Source: Eledone cirrhosa (lineage: Eukaryota). Taken from it: a stretch of DNA of 64,000 nucleotides. The notes under the pieces were generated by a model. It had not been told where the DNA came from. It made no database searches and was given only the letters and a program-made list of their open reading frames with translations. Shown here piece after piece: positions 12,173 through 25,826 of the stretch (the first letter of the stretch is position 1; every line of letters begins with the position of its first letter). The position numbers were made by a program, and so were the translations under genes. The stretch is taken from positions 72,850,001-72,914,000 of the forward strand of contig OZ024743.1 of NCBI GenBank assembly GCA_964016885.1, read 5' to 3'.

Positions 12173-15100
12173 GAGTTGGATGTGTGAACGTACGCGGCCT
12201 GGGGATGACCTGGAAAGAGGGCAAACTCTTAAACGACCTCAGGTCGCACAGTATGGATGTGGTAGCCATTTGCGAGTCCAGGATCCACAGCGAGCGACAG
12301 CTGCCCCCCCCCCCCCCCATCTTCGATGACTTTGAGATCTACGCATCTCTCTGTCAACCGGGGCGTGGGGGCGGAGTTCCCGTTTTGCTGCGGAAACACC
12401 TGGGCCTCGTAACACAGACGGTACATCTTGACCCGGAGGGTCGACTGGCGGTCCTAGACGTTGACGGTAGTGAAGGTGGAGCCTTCAGGCTGGTGGCCGC
12501 ATATGCCCCATCCGGGACACCATGGCCAGACTTCTTCAAACGTCTAGAGACTTTTCTGGGAACGTCTCGCTCCCTGCTGTTAGTGGGGGACTGGAATGGA
12601 ATCCTAGTTGCACGTTGGAACTATGTGGGAGCAGTTAATCGACCGATTTGACCTGGCCGATAGATATCGACTAGATTTTCCGACTGCGCCACTGTGGATG
12701 TGGAGTAATCGTAGCGGAACATCTAGATCGTACCTAGATAGGGTTCTAGTTAGAAATAAGGATAGAGACATGTTAAGCTGTCCACAAATATTCATAGTTG
12801 CCTATTCAGATCACAAACTAGTGACCTGCATGGCCAACCTTGATAGAACCCATAGACAAGGACCCGGCTACTGGAAGCTGAACTTGTCGTAACCGACAAG
12901 CAAAGCCTACAGTAGACGGATTAGCACTTTAGTTAAACAGCACTTGACAGGGGCCATTGTCAACAACAGATGGTGGTACTCTCTCAAGAGGGCAGTTAGA
13001 TTAGACTCGATAGTTTTTAGTAAATAATTAGCGTTAGATAGAAATAGAACCGAGAAGGAACTGGTATATTAAGTAGAAGAGGCAATTAGAAGTGGCAACG
13101 TAGCCAGCGTGCTAGCAACGAGAACGGACTTGGACCAGTTCTTCGACGCAAAGCTGGAGGGTTGCGTTGTCAGAAGCAAAATAAGTGCTCTGGGAAACGA
13201 GGGAGCCAAAGCTGTTAGCTGGGCCCGAGTGACGGAGGCAAAAAGTGGCAACAAGTCCACGATTCGGTCTTTGGAGGACCAAAACGGACGCGTGATACGT
13301 GAGCCGAAGCAGATGTGTGCGGCTTTTCAGCGGCACTTTGCTCAACTGTTAGGGAGGGGCGGCGCGCCGGGAGAGGCAATGGATTTCGGTCCATACCTCG
13401 ACGGCCTACCGCGACTCTCGGACAGCGAGGCAAAGTTCTGCGAAAAGCAGATTTCAGCCGCTGAGATAGGGGACGCGCTGAGCCAATGCGGCAAACGCAA
13501 ATCTCCAGGTCTCGACGGTCTACCCTACGAATTTTACGTAGCAATGCCGGACTTATTCTCCGGTCTCCTGGAAGCGGTCTACTGCAACTGGCAACAGAAC
13601 GGAAGAATTCCCAGTTCTGTAACCGGGGGCGTGGTCACACTATATCAGGAAGGACGAGAATAAGGGGGATGTCATAACCACAGAGTTACAGATTTTGGCC
13701 AAGGTGTTTGCAAAGAGGCTGGCGCTTGTTTGTCGAGAACCTGGTGGGAGAAGCGCAGACATGCGCAATCCCGACCAGGTCTATACACGACAACCTCCAC
13801 CTCATGCGATACATCATAGAGAGGGTAGGGTGTAAACCCGGCTTCGGTGGGGCCCTGATCAAGTTGGATAAGTCTAAGGCTCTCAATAGGGTTGACCATC
13901 GTTACCTGGATGCGGTGCTCGAGGCGGCAGGCTTCGGACCCGTGTTCAGGGGCTGGATTGCTGCAATGCACAACAGCAACATCTGCTCAAGGGTCAAGGT
14001 GAACGGCTACCTCTCGGAGCCGTTCCATATTACGCGATCCATTCGACAGGGATGCCCTTTCTCCTCCCTTCTGTACGTACTGACTCTCGAGCCACTACAG
14101 CGGAAGCTGGAGCTATTGCAGGGCATCCCTCTGGAACCGGGACTGCGGAAAGCGACGTCGGCCTACGCCGACGACGTGACAGTAATGGTGTCGTGCGCCT
14201 CGCAAATCGAGGAAGTCGGCACCTTACTGAAGGAATACGAAAGTTTCACAGGAGCGAAGCTGAACCGGGACAAGTCCATCGGTTTGTAACTCAGATCGTG
14301 GAGAGGCAAACCGATGCCTTCCAATGGCCGGAAGGACCGGTAAAGCTGCTCGGAGTCTGGTTTGGTCCGGACCTCCAGGTGGAGAAGAACTGGAACGAAC
14401 TGACGGCCAAGGTGTTTGCACTCACCCAGAAGTGGGCCGAGTGCAAACTATCCTTGAAAGGTCGAGCGGAGGTGGCGAACACTTTTATAGCGTCCGCCAT
14501 CTACTGCCTTGTCCAGCCAAAACGCTCGCCAAAATGGAGCGCGCGCTCTTCCGATTCCTTTGGAAGAGGCGGGCTCCTTTGGTGAGAAGATCCATCTGCT
14601 GCCAACACCCTTCTAACAGAGGGCTGTGGATGCCGTGTTTGACGATGCGCAAACACGCGCTCAGGCTGCGGCATCTCTACGTATTCCTCACCGGACAACT
14701 GGTGTGGGCCCCGTTCGTGAGGCGAACCTTCCCACGACTCGTCTCGCTGACCGAGCTGCAGTCCTGGGTCAAGCAAAGACCGAGGATAATGGGCGACTGG
14801 CACATCGAATGTTCTCAGGCGCTCACAGCCCTCTGGCAGGCGGACTCGGCGATCAGTGGAGACTCCACTTCGTCATTCTATAGAGGGCTGATCCGCAGCA
14901 AGTGCGACGACGCGCTCCGTGAAACTCTAGGCGTAGAGGAAGATGAACTGGCCAGTCTGTTCGGTAGAACCTTCCGCCCGGGACCGATGGACAACTTCCA
15001 AATGTCCCTGGCCTGGCAGTGCTACCGAGGAGCTCTACCAGTTCGAGACAAGCTCTACAGACATGGGCGTCCGGGCAGGGACCCTGCAAAAAAGAACTGT

Positions 15101-15513
15101 CCGAGGTGCGTCCGAGACAAAGAAACCGTCGCGCACGCATTCATACAGTTCCCGGGCGTCACTGACCTGTGGAGCTATGTAGAACGATTATTGTCGCGGG
15201 TGGGACCAATCCGGTTGACCACCGAGTCCATTGTCATGATCAAACCGCCACCCTGCTTCAAAAAGGAAGGAGAGGCGATTTTCCTTTGTGTGATAGCTAT
15301 GGCGAAAGAGGTTGTATGGTGGACAAGGTTGAAAGGGCTGAGGTCAGACACCTTTCTCTCCGGCCAACAACTGATTCTTTTTTTCAAATACCATTTGGAA
15401 GAAGAATCAGGATGGAGAGAGAGGTGCTGTACCCCAGCAAGTTTTATGAAAGGTGGGTGAAAGTGGCGAGAATGGCCCGAGTGAATAGGCCTTCTCTCTA
15501 TAACAGCCTGTAG
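12160..15513 (+). pseudogene. LINE ORF2: AP endonuclease, reverse transcriptase and C-terminal Cys finger, with frameshifts and stops
   Basis: Motifs NVRGL, GDWN, YLDRV, SDH, GYWKLN, KSPGLDG, RQGCP, YADD and CPRC occur across consecutive frames. Confidence 0.93.
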
Positions 15514-15769
15514 GTTTAGGAAAAGGAGGAGGAGAGGAAAGGAGTACAAACTCTTCGTACTCCTGGAGATGAGGGCTGCACATTTTTTGGGGGTATGTTT
15601 TACCCATATGAACTGTCTCCTTCTATTGGGGAAAATCGACTAACTTTTTAAATTGCATTTGTGATAACATTTTACACGTTTTTTATTGTATGTAAACTCC
15701 CCCTTTGTATTTGTCCCCTTCTTTTCTGCCCCTGTGGCTAATAAAGAAACATATCTATCTATATATCTC

Positions 15770-15801
<32 letters not shown>

Positions 15802-15843
15802 CCTATATGTCTGTCTGTCTGTCTGTCTCTTTCTTTCTCTCTT

Positions 15844-15896
<53 letters not shown>

Positions 15897-15915
15897 TCAG
15901 AGAGAATGAGAGAGT

Positions 15916-16000
<85 letters not shown>

Positions 16001-17026
16001 TAGCTGAAACTTACATAATACCTATGCATATATAAATATTCTATTTCCGTCTCTACTGTTTCAATAAGAAACTTTATTCCATTCTCTTATACTCCTCTTA
16101 ACATTTACAAATATATAACATATAAAACCATGCGTCCTGCAGTGTGATGTATCGTTTCCTACCATTGTATAACCTTTATCAGTCAATGGTCACTCATCAT
16201 ATTACTTCGAAATATTTCCACATATACCATATGCTTTACAACATAAATATATTTCTTTTAAACAAAACTCAGATTCTGAGATGTCTCAGCTGAGAAATCT
16301 ATGTTAAAAAAACTTCACAATCAAGTCCTCGTGTGGGTGGTATCTATGACGTGAGTTTTAATACTTTTGGCGCGGAGAGTTTTCCTAGTAAACTGATTTG
16401 TTTATAGGCTTGTGCTGAAAATGTGAAAATGGATATATATAAGAGGTAAGAACGAAAGAGGATGAAAGGTCACCTTGAGAAAAAGAGGCTTCTCTTTAAG
16501 TTTTGTTCAACCAACTCTAAATATATTACAGAAATGAACCAATGTATGCTTCCCTTAACAATTACATACTCAACAACTACATTTACCTCGTGTTTAACAT
16601 GAAACATCCAGTTGGAATTAACAGGTTTACATTTCATATTCCCAATAACGATAAAGCAATCAACTATGAACATCGTTTTTCACAGCTCAAAGACCATGCA
16701 GGTCCCATTTCACGATGCCAATTCTATGTTTTTTTTTCTTTTTCTATTCCCATCACTTCTCTTTCACCCTGATTCATTCCTTTCATAACCCATCGTCTTT
16801 GATATTCTCTTTGTCTTTGAAATGTAGTTATCAAATCAGAAGAGGCCTATAAATACTTTATATCCATCCATACTATACATCATGGAAACATTTAAATTGC
16901 ACACCAATTGTAGAAGAAAGCAACATTCTGTAGATGTGAATTGCAACTAGCTACATCAAAAACATTCCAGTGTAAGTCAAATCACTGGAGAATTATAACT
17001 GCTAATAGCCTTATAATCTTGCTTAC

Positions 17027-17100
17027 CTAGAATATAACTCATATTTATATTCCCAGACTTGATGAAGCACATAAGGTGGCATCATAGTTTTGGATGACAT
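17027..17100 (-). CDS. Candidate first coding exon of a host gene (MSSKTMMPPYVLHQVWEYKYELYS)
   Basis: ATG-initiated open frame ending at a strong AG|GTAAGC donor, in unique non-repeat DNA about 570 bp downstream of an X-box. Confidence 0.3.
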
Positions 17101-17673
17101 ATATCATAAATGTATTTTATCACAAAGACCAGAAAATATAACCCAGTTTTCAAATAACGACGTTGCTTTGCATTGTCGTTCTTATTTCTGCAATCATTTA
17201 AAAGTTCCTCAGTCGAATTTCTTAGAAGATTAAGATCGCGTTTTTATATTACTTCAAAACAATACCAATTAAATATTACTTACAAACATTTGACAATTGC
17301 ACTTTCTGAGATACGCGAGAGATACATGTAAAGATTATTCGAGAATCTTATCCTTGTTACGAGTAAAGAATTAATTTATTTATCCAGTGATTTCATGCAA
17401 CTGTTATGAATATCTCTTCATTCACATTCTATGAAAACATTATTTCTTTAACAATGCTAATATATTTAAGAAAAGCCTGTTTGTCAAATTAATTTCCTCT
17501 ATTTAACTATATGTCTGGAATAGCTTTGATTATTTTCAAATTTAGAAAATTGACTAGATTTGTCTAGAACAGAACATGAGAGCTGTAGCTAAGTCATTCG
17601 CATTCCAGCCCTGTGATTCGGTTTCGACAATATATAGAGACAAATAATAGGTCAGAATGAGCAAGACGGAATG

Positions 17674-17687
17674 GTTACTATAGCAAC
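17674..17687. promoter_or_regulatory. RFX X-box-like motif GTTACTATAGCAAC
   Basis: Fits the GTTRCY-AT-RGYAAC palindromic consensus and lies in unique sequence. Confidence 0.5.
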
Positions 17688-18302
17688 CACGCTCATACGC
17701 ATACATTTTCCAACATATAGACAAGTTAGGGAAGAAAACTCTAAAAACTCCAATCGTTTAGGACTGTTTCAGCTTCGCATCTGTAAAAAGATGCTATTAT
17801 CCCTGAAATATCATGCTAAAATACACTGGGTAAAACATTACGTTGTTACTTTTGTTTCATTTATCATCAGTTACTTCGTATTTTCTGCCGCATTTTACCG
17901 GCTTTTAAAACATTTGTTAGTCATTTACTACTTATCTCTCAATGCTTCATTTTCACCTCACTAATATATATATATATATATATATATATAGTATAAAATA
18001 AAAAAATAAAAAAATCAGTGATGCATCTAGACAGAGTTTATTGCGTGTTACAATTGTTTCGCCGGCAGGTAGCTCGAGACTTGATCACTGTATGGATCTG
18101 GCGGATTCTACGGCTGCAAGTTCCTTCGGACACATACAAATCGTTCGGAGCAAATTTTCTCCGAATGATTTGTATGTGTCCGAAGGAACTTGCAGCCGTA
18201 TTCACACTCTATTCTGTATGAATATTGAGTGCTAATTTTGGCATAACGCCTATGGAAGCACCATAGCTACCATTATACACACGTATATATATAGAGAGAG
18301 AG

Positions 18303-19034
18303 ATGGAAAAAGAATGAAACGAAATTTCATTTCTCACTCTTAGTACGGCTGATACCTAAATATAAGTATGTATACGTACATACATATATGTGTACAGACA
18401 TACAGTAGTATGTATATATATATACATACATGCACACATATATATATATATGTACGTATGGGGTTACCGAACATTTATTACAATGTTCGGTTTGTTTGTA
18501 AACAAACAGCCCAACTTACGCCGTACAGTGCTCGGCAACCATCGTCGCCCTTTTGTTCAACACTGACACAGGAACGATGTACTAGTTTCAAGCTTATTAG
18601 CTACGTCAGCATCGTATACTTTTCTGTCAGATGATTGAACGTTTGAAAGTATACAATTTCGTTATGCATATTAACGGCTGAGCAGCCTAATTTGCATATC
18701 GAGTGAGTTAGTCGGCCGGGCGTACCGAAAACGATAAATGGAAAAGAATGAAACGAAATTTCATTTCTCACTCTTAGTACGGCTGATACCTAAATATAAC
18801 TATGTATACGTACACACATATATTTGTACAGACGTACAATAGTATTTATATATATATATACATACATGCACACATATATATATGTACGTATGGGTTTACC
18901 GAACATTTATTATAATGTTCGGTTTGTTTGTAAACAAACAGCCCGAATTATGCTGTACAGTGCTCGGCAACCATCGTCGCCCTTTTGTTCAACACTGACA
19001 CAGGAACGATGTACTAGTTTCAAGCTTATTAGCT
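18303..19034 (-). mobile_element. Terminally redundant ~435-bp monomer (about 1.7 units) with a minimal HHR
   Basis: 18303-18602 is repeated at 18738-19034. HHR-like motif at 18575-18614. Confidence 0.75.
18575..18614 (-). ncRNA. Minimal hammerhead ribozyme (A9 missing or altered)
   Basis: cgatg-CTGACG-t agct aata agct t-GAAA-ctag-TA-catcg, with palindromic stem III ACTAGT. Confidence 0.65.
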
Positions 19035-19326
19035 TCATTGTTTCATGTATATATATATATTGTAATCAACCTGGGTGCGGTGTGCTGATAACACAATGTA
19101 CCCTTGGAAGGATGGTTACAGCGAGATATATATATATATATATAACGAAGCAAATGTGGTAAGGAACCAGGTGGACCATAACGCACCAAAGTACTCAATA
19201 CTTAGGGTAGTAGAGTGGGTAATAGGAACCAGTAAGACCCCGACGGCTGAGCTCAAGCCGGTTCGACGGCTAATTCTCTATATAAATATATATAAAAAAA
19301 CATCATATCTGCCTTCTTCATCTCAC

Positions 19327-19393
<67 letters not shown>

Positions 19394-19712
19394 CTGTGTG
19401 TGTGTCTGTGTGTGCCTGTGTGTATGTGTCTGTGTGTGTAATTTATTATCAGAGCAGATTAAAGTTTAAACAAAGAATCGCGGCTTTCACCCCATCCCGC
19501 GACCTCCTGGAACTGAGCAAAATCAATCTGTAGACGCAGAAGTAAATATTTCAAAAAACGTTCCAACCGAAGGAAAACATTAAGATGATGCATTGGTTCG
19601 TGAAGACATTCTAGGACGATGGACGAAAAATGTGCAAGGATAATACGTCATTATATGGTGCTAGAACAATTTATTGCAAAGAAAAAACCTTTTGTGCGTT
19701 TGTGGGTGGGTG

Positions 19713-19776
<64 letters not shown>

Positions 19777-20077
19777 GCTTGTATCCTCCCTTGTAACTTG
19801 AACACTATTGGTGTTACAATTAACGAGTGATTAACTTGTTGGAAGTATGGGAGCATCAACGTTGTTCACTTGTTGTGACGTGAATTATAAGGAATATGAT
19901 GAAATACAAAACAAGAATAGATACATAGCTACAAGGAATACTTTAAATTTAATATGTCCATAGTTCTACATCAATAGCATATATCTTCCACTTTTAAAAC
20001 TGATGTTTCTGTTCTAGGATTCAAATCAACATTTTGCTATAATGATGTATGGTCTATAGTGGTTCATGTAATATCAA

Positions 20078-20462
20078 TAATTGTTTCTTACTGTTGGCAC
20101 AAGGCCAGCAATTATTCCAGTGTATTACTGGTACTTTATTTCATCGACCACGAGGCAAAGTTAACCTCGGCAGGATTTGAACTCAGACCATAAAGGGCCG
20201 TAACTCTTTTATGCAAAGCATGGCGTCCGACCCTCTACCTATACTGCGAATCCACCGTCCTATGTAATATCAATAATTGTTTCTATTTTAGGCACAAGGC
20301 CAGCAATTTAACAGTACATTACTGGTACTTTATTTTATCGACCCTATAAGGATGAAAGGCAAAGTTAACCTCGGCGCGATTTGAACTCAGAATGGCAAGG
20401 GCCATAACTATATGCCTCACAGCATGGCGTCCGACCCTCTACCGATACTGCCAATCCACCGA
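20078..20462 (-). mobile_element. Two tandem tRNA-derived SINEs (20078-20260, 20275-20462)
   Basis: Both have A/B boxes and core. atgtaatatcaataat is duplicated around the first. Confidence 0.9.
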
Positions 20463-21341
20463 GCCTGTGGATTATTATTAGCAATAATAATATTAGTAAA
20501 TAATATTAAATAATATATGAAATGGAAGTGTTGTACACACTAGATCACAGCATCGTTAATTTCACTTTGCAATCATCGGATACCGACTTCGATCACACTG
20601 CTTGACATCTCAAGCAGGTGTAATTTACCTCAGTCACGGGTTACGTTATGTTCTATGGGTGTAGCTTGGTAGACGGAAAACTATGTAAAGGCCCACCAGA
20701 TAGGCTTTGCCTGTAAACCAAAGGGTCACATACTGTATAGCGACGAATCTCCCTGAGAATTACATTAGATATACATGTGTCTGTGGAATACTCATCTCCT
20801 AGCAAGTGAATTTCCGTTGATATATAAAAAGGAATCGAATCGTCGAAACAAAACGGAAGACCATTCCGCTTCTCACTATGGAGAGGGTGAATGAAACATT
20901 AATTGCATGAACGACAGTATCAACTATAATATGTTGCCTGATTCAGCATTTGCGGCGGTTCATGGTCCCTTAGAGCGGTCCAGTCGGTTGCCAACAGGTC
21001 CCTCCAGTTTTCCTGTTTGGGGATAATTTCCTCCCCCAACAAACAAGACCATCACAGCGGCTTAGAATTGTTATAGGTTCTCTACTTATTTCACTTATTG
21101 AAAAGGGAAACTAATTCACATTGATTAGATGCTAAATTATTTATGGTCGACCACGGCAGGCAAGGATGTAAAAATCGGTGGAGAGCTCTATGTTAACGAG
21201 GGCGGAACTTAGGAAAAAGGAAAAATACGAATGTTATCGAATATATTATAGTAGTACAATAAGACACACGTATATACACATCACATCTCCACACACTCAT
21301 AAACACACATACACAAATCCCACAGACACATATACAGACAT

Positions 21342-21406
<65 letters not shown>

Positions 21407-21589
21407 CCGTCCGGCTGGCATCCGGCTAGGTAAACCGGCATTTTATCTTTTCAGGAATCCTCCAGTGCAAAGATACCGCACTCACTCTCAAGTTAGCGAG
21501 GGGTTGGGGGCTAACGTGGTCTAATGTTGGGTTTGAAAAGTTAAGAATCGTACTCAGTTTTGCAAGGACCTGTATGGCACACTGATGCT

Positions 21590-21870
21590 GTAATGCAATG
21601 CGGATGCAATCAGCATGTGAACTCACCTGCTCCAATCTGGCTTATTCTGTCTGTGTTGCTCTCCAACCTTCTACACGGGACCTCAGTTGCTAAAGGCGAG
21701 ACTGGCGCTTCTCTTGAGACTGGACTGATCGAATGGCTCTCGCTTCAGTCCTCATCTGCTGAAGGCGACGTTCATGATCATCTTCAGACTCTCTTGCTCT
21801 AGTAACATTTTTTCTTCTGGAAAATCTGATCTTGCGGCCAGGCTGGTAATTTTGGGGTGTTATATCGGCA
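21590..21870 (-). pseudogene. Fragment resembling a Helitron Rep-helicase N-terminus (STPR-like E/R-rich repeats)
   Basis: Manual translation: ESEDDHERRLQQMRTEARAIRSVQSQEKRQSRL*QLRSRVEGWRATQTE*ARLEQVSSHA. Confidence 0.45.
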
Positions 21871-21967
21871 GTAACAATGACGATAAGCCGTCTGTGCTTT
21901 CGTGAAATAAATGGATTTGTTTATATTTTGTTTGTGTGTATGCAAAAATTACTGTACACGAATAACT

Positions 21968-23112
21968 GTATATCTAAAACAGAGAATGTATGGCTGTCTG
22001 TCTGCCTGACACCCTAAAACTGAGAAAAACCCAACGGATTGTTTTCAAACTTTACACATGTAATACTTATCGTCCTGTGAGTGTTTTGAGCAAAGATTAT
22101 TTCCAATTTTCAATCCCCTGCGGACCGCACTAAGCGATTTAGCGATCTCTCTCTACCATCCTTAGTCTTTCTTTTTAGATAGATACATAGATATGACGTT
22201 GCGTCCTTATAATATCTGTCTGTATGTCTGGGTGCCTGCATTACGACATTATGACGCTATATGTGTGTGTGTATATATGTATATATAGTGTGTGGATATA
22301 TATATATAGAGAGAGTGTAATGCTTTTCGAAATATTTACTTCTGCGTTCACAGATTGATTTTCTTAGCTTCAGAAGATCAGGTTAAGGGTGAAATCAGCG
22401 ATTCTTTGCTTAAACTTTAATCTGTTATTTTAATATATATATATATATATATATATGAATAAAGTTGGTCCTTCATCAGTGATCTTCCAACCATCATCGG
22501 TATTTCTTCGCTTTAAAGACCATATACTTCCGGTTGGTGCGAGCAACGGCTAAAGAAAGTCGTTGGGACACGTAAACAAACAAAGATGGTAAAGCAACGA
22601 AAAGTGAAGAAGAACGAGTCAAGTCCCAAATTTCCGTGAATATAAGTTCGGTGAAATCGTGAACGAGAGAGAATATAGACCATCAAACCTGGTTGAAATG
22701 TGAGCAAGGAAGGAATTCCGCACAGGTCAAACGGGAGGAAGACGGAGTCCAGTCGGTGAATACGGTGAAAATAAGTTCAGTGAAATCGTAGACGAGAGAG
22801 AGAAAAAAGGGGAACCGGCCTGGCCAAGCGTGCGAAAGAAAAGAATTACGCAGAGGTCAAACGGGAAGAAGGAGTAGGAGGAGAGGTAGTAACAGAGAGT
22901 GAGTGAGTGAATGGTGAGGAAGAGGCTAACAGAGAGACTGACTGTTAATATATATATATATAATTTTATATTCGTGTAGATATATTTTTGCATACACAAT
23001 AACAAAATACAAACAAACGTATTTATTTCACGAGGCTCGATAAGGATAAATATATATCAAATATATAAGAACCCTAGAGAAATCCCGAGCAACGCCGGGC
23101 CATTCTGCTAGT
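21968..23112 (+). mobile_element. Non-autonomous Helitron-like composite carrying a family-A HHR and a pLTR-like piece
   Basis: The 5' end tatatctaaaac...gtctgtctg...acggattgttttcaaacttt is Helitron-N-like. The 3' end has the hairpin cccgagcaacgccggg followed by CTAG at 23108-23111. Confidence 0.5.
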
Positions 23113-23114
23113 AT

Positions 23115-23517
23115 ATATTAAAATAACAGATTAAGGTTTAAGCAAAGAATCGCTGTTTTCACCCATAACGGAATCTTCTGAAACTAAAACAATTAATCTG
23201 AGAACGCAGAAGTAATTATTTCGAAAAACGTTATCTAAAGCAGACGGCCAGACATACAGAGACATCTTATAAGGGCGCGACGTATCTAAAAAGACAGACT
23301 AAGAAAGAGTGAGGAATATCATATAACCGGAAGTGTTGACATTTGAAATTTTAAAGAAGTGAATATTTAAATAATGTCTTTAATCTTTTTTAAAAAATTC
23401 AGTAGACAAAAATACCCTCACTTTTTTACTTGGAAAAAGTGACATCTATGGTGTAAATTTGGTGCTGTTTGGTCCAGCCGTTTGGCGAAAAGTGTGTTAC
23501 ATACATGCGGCCGTCAG

Positions 23518-23525
<8 letters not shown>
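23115..23525 (-). mobile_element. Helitron-N-like 5' end joined to a family-A HHR (23127-23200)
   Basis: The minus strand starts atataaagctgacggccgcatgtatg...acggctggaccaaac...aaattt. 23115-23315 mirrors 22150-22435. Confidence 0.5.
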
Positions 23526-24451
<926 letters not shown>

Positions 24452-24454
24452 ATA

Positions 24455-24570
24455 AGTTTATCCCGGGTTCAATCGGGGATAACCACAGTAAGCTACTCAA
24501 TACAAAGCAGAGCTTCCGGATGATGTCTCACGAAAGAAACAGTTCTAGTCCCGTCGAAGCTTTTCTATAT
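24455..24570. mobile_element. Family-B HHR element, rearranged and degenerate
   Basis: agcttc-CGGATGA...GAAA-cagttctagtcccg-TC-gaagct joined to an inverted tail. Confidence 0.65.
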
Positions 24571-24572
24571 AT

Positions 24573-24620
<48 letters not shown>

Positions 24621-25671
24621 ATATTAACAAATGGAAACTATATTTATAAAACCATATGTATTGTATTATACATATTTCAAGGGCCACCAAGGCAGATTAT
24701 GGTGCGCTTTCATCAGATAAAATACAATACAGATTAGTTTCATAAATAAATATTGACATACCCTGAAAAAATGCAAACTTTAACGGTTGGAGCTTCCTGG
24801 ATAGTGGAGATATTTGATTTACTGTTATTATTTAGTATGCAAATGAGTATCGGAAAGGTTTAAATAACAGTATATTTAAATTAAACCGTTGGAAGATAGA
24901 AAAAAGAAAGAGAAAAAGAACTGTTTATATATATATTTTGCCAGTGGGAGAGAGTAAACGTGACTATATTTAAGTGAGAGAAAATATCGATAGAATCTTC
25001 AAATCCAAAAAGAATCCACCTTCCAACAAAGTACTAATGGATTTTGAAAATGAGATCATCTCTAATATACAAAGCATTAAATTTAAAAAAAACAACTTCG
25101 TAGGCCAGGATTACCTAAGAAATCTCAAAAATAATATAGAAAGCTTTGAAAAAACGGAAAAAATTCTAGTCAAGTCAGATAAAGCCAACAATCTTTATGG
25201 AATGCAAAAGGATATTCATAACGATCTTATATTGAAGGAACTAAGGAAGAAATACAAAAACAAAAAACCAGTGATGACCTTGAAAAACTACATACGGAAG
25301 CTTCTTACATAATGCAGGAATTAGACATCGAAAATAGGACACAACCCTTCATGCCTAGGAAACCAAAAATTACTATGAAGGACCATAAAAGAAATTTTGA
25401 AATTGAATTACCAGTAGCAAGAATATTTTAGACAGAATCATACCACAAATTAAGGAATTATCTTATTTAAAATTATGGAAAGGGACTAATGAAGTTATCG
25501 ATTGGTTTAAGGACATTAAATATAACTATAATAATAAATTTATTCAATTGGATATTGCTAATTATTACTCCTCCATCACTCCTAATCTACTTAATAAAGC
25601 CCTCACATATGCATTTAAACATACAGATTTAACTAGTAATGAAATGCACATTATCTTAACTGCACGGAAAA

Positions 25672-25826
25672 CATCATGCTTTGGCGCATAGAGTTACGGC
25701 CCTTGCCATTCTGAGTTCAAATCCCGCCGAAGTTAACTTTGCCTTTCATCCTTACGGGGTCGATAAAATAAAGTACCAGTAATACACTGGGTTATTGCTG
25801 GCCTTGTGCCTAACGTAGAAACAATT
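25672..25826 (+). mobile_element. 5'-truncated SINE nested in the Penelope RT
   Basis: B-box and core present; it splits ILTARKT|LIKFNNHLW. Confidence 0.88.

Larger units (their letters stand above)
10029..15752 (+). mobile_element. Near full-length L1/Tx1-clade non-LTR retrotransposon, disrupted, inserted in (TATC)n
   Basis: ORF1 with CCHC knuckle, ORF2 with APE-RT-Cys finger, AATAAA at about 15740, and (TATC)n on both flanks. Confidence 0.92.

Noticed and set aside
16408-16445. Plus-strand 38-nt micro-exon (tag|GCTTGT...AAGAG|gtaaga)
   Set aside because: Splice signals are good, but no partner exons were found and it conflicts with the minus-strand model; unresolved.
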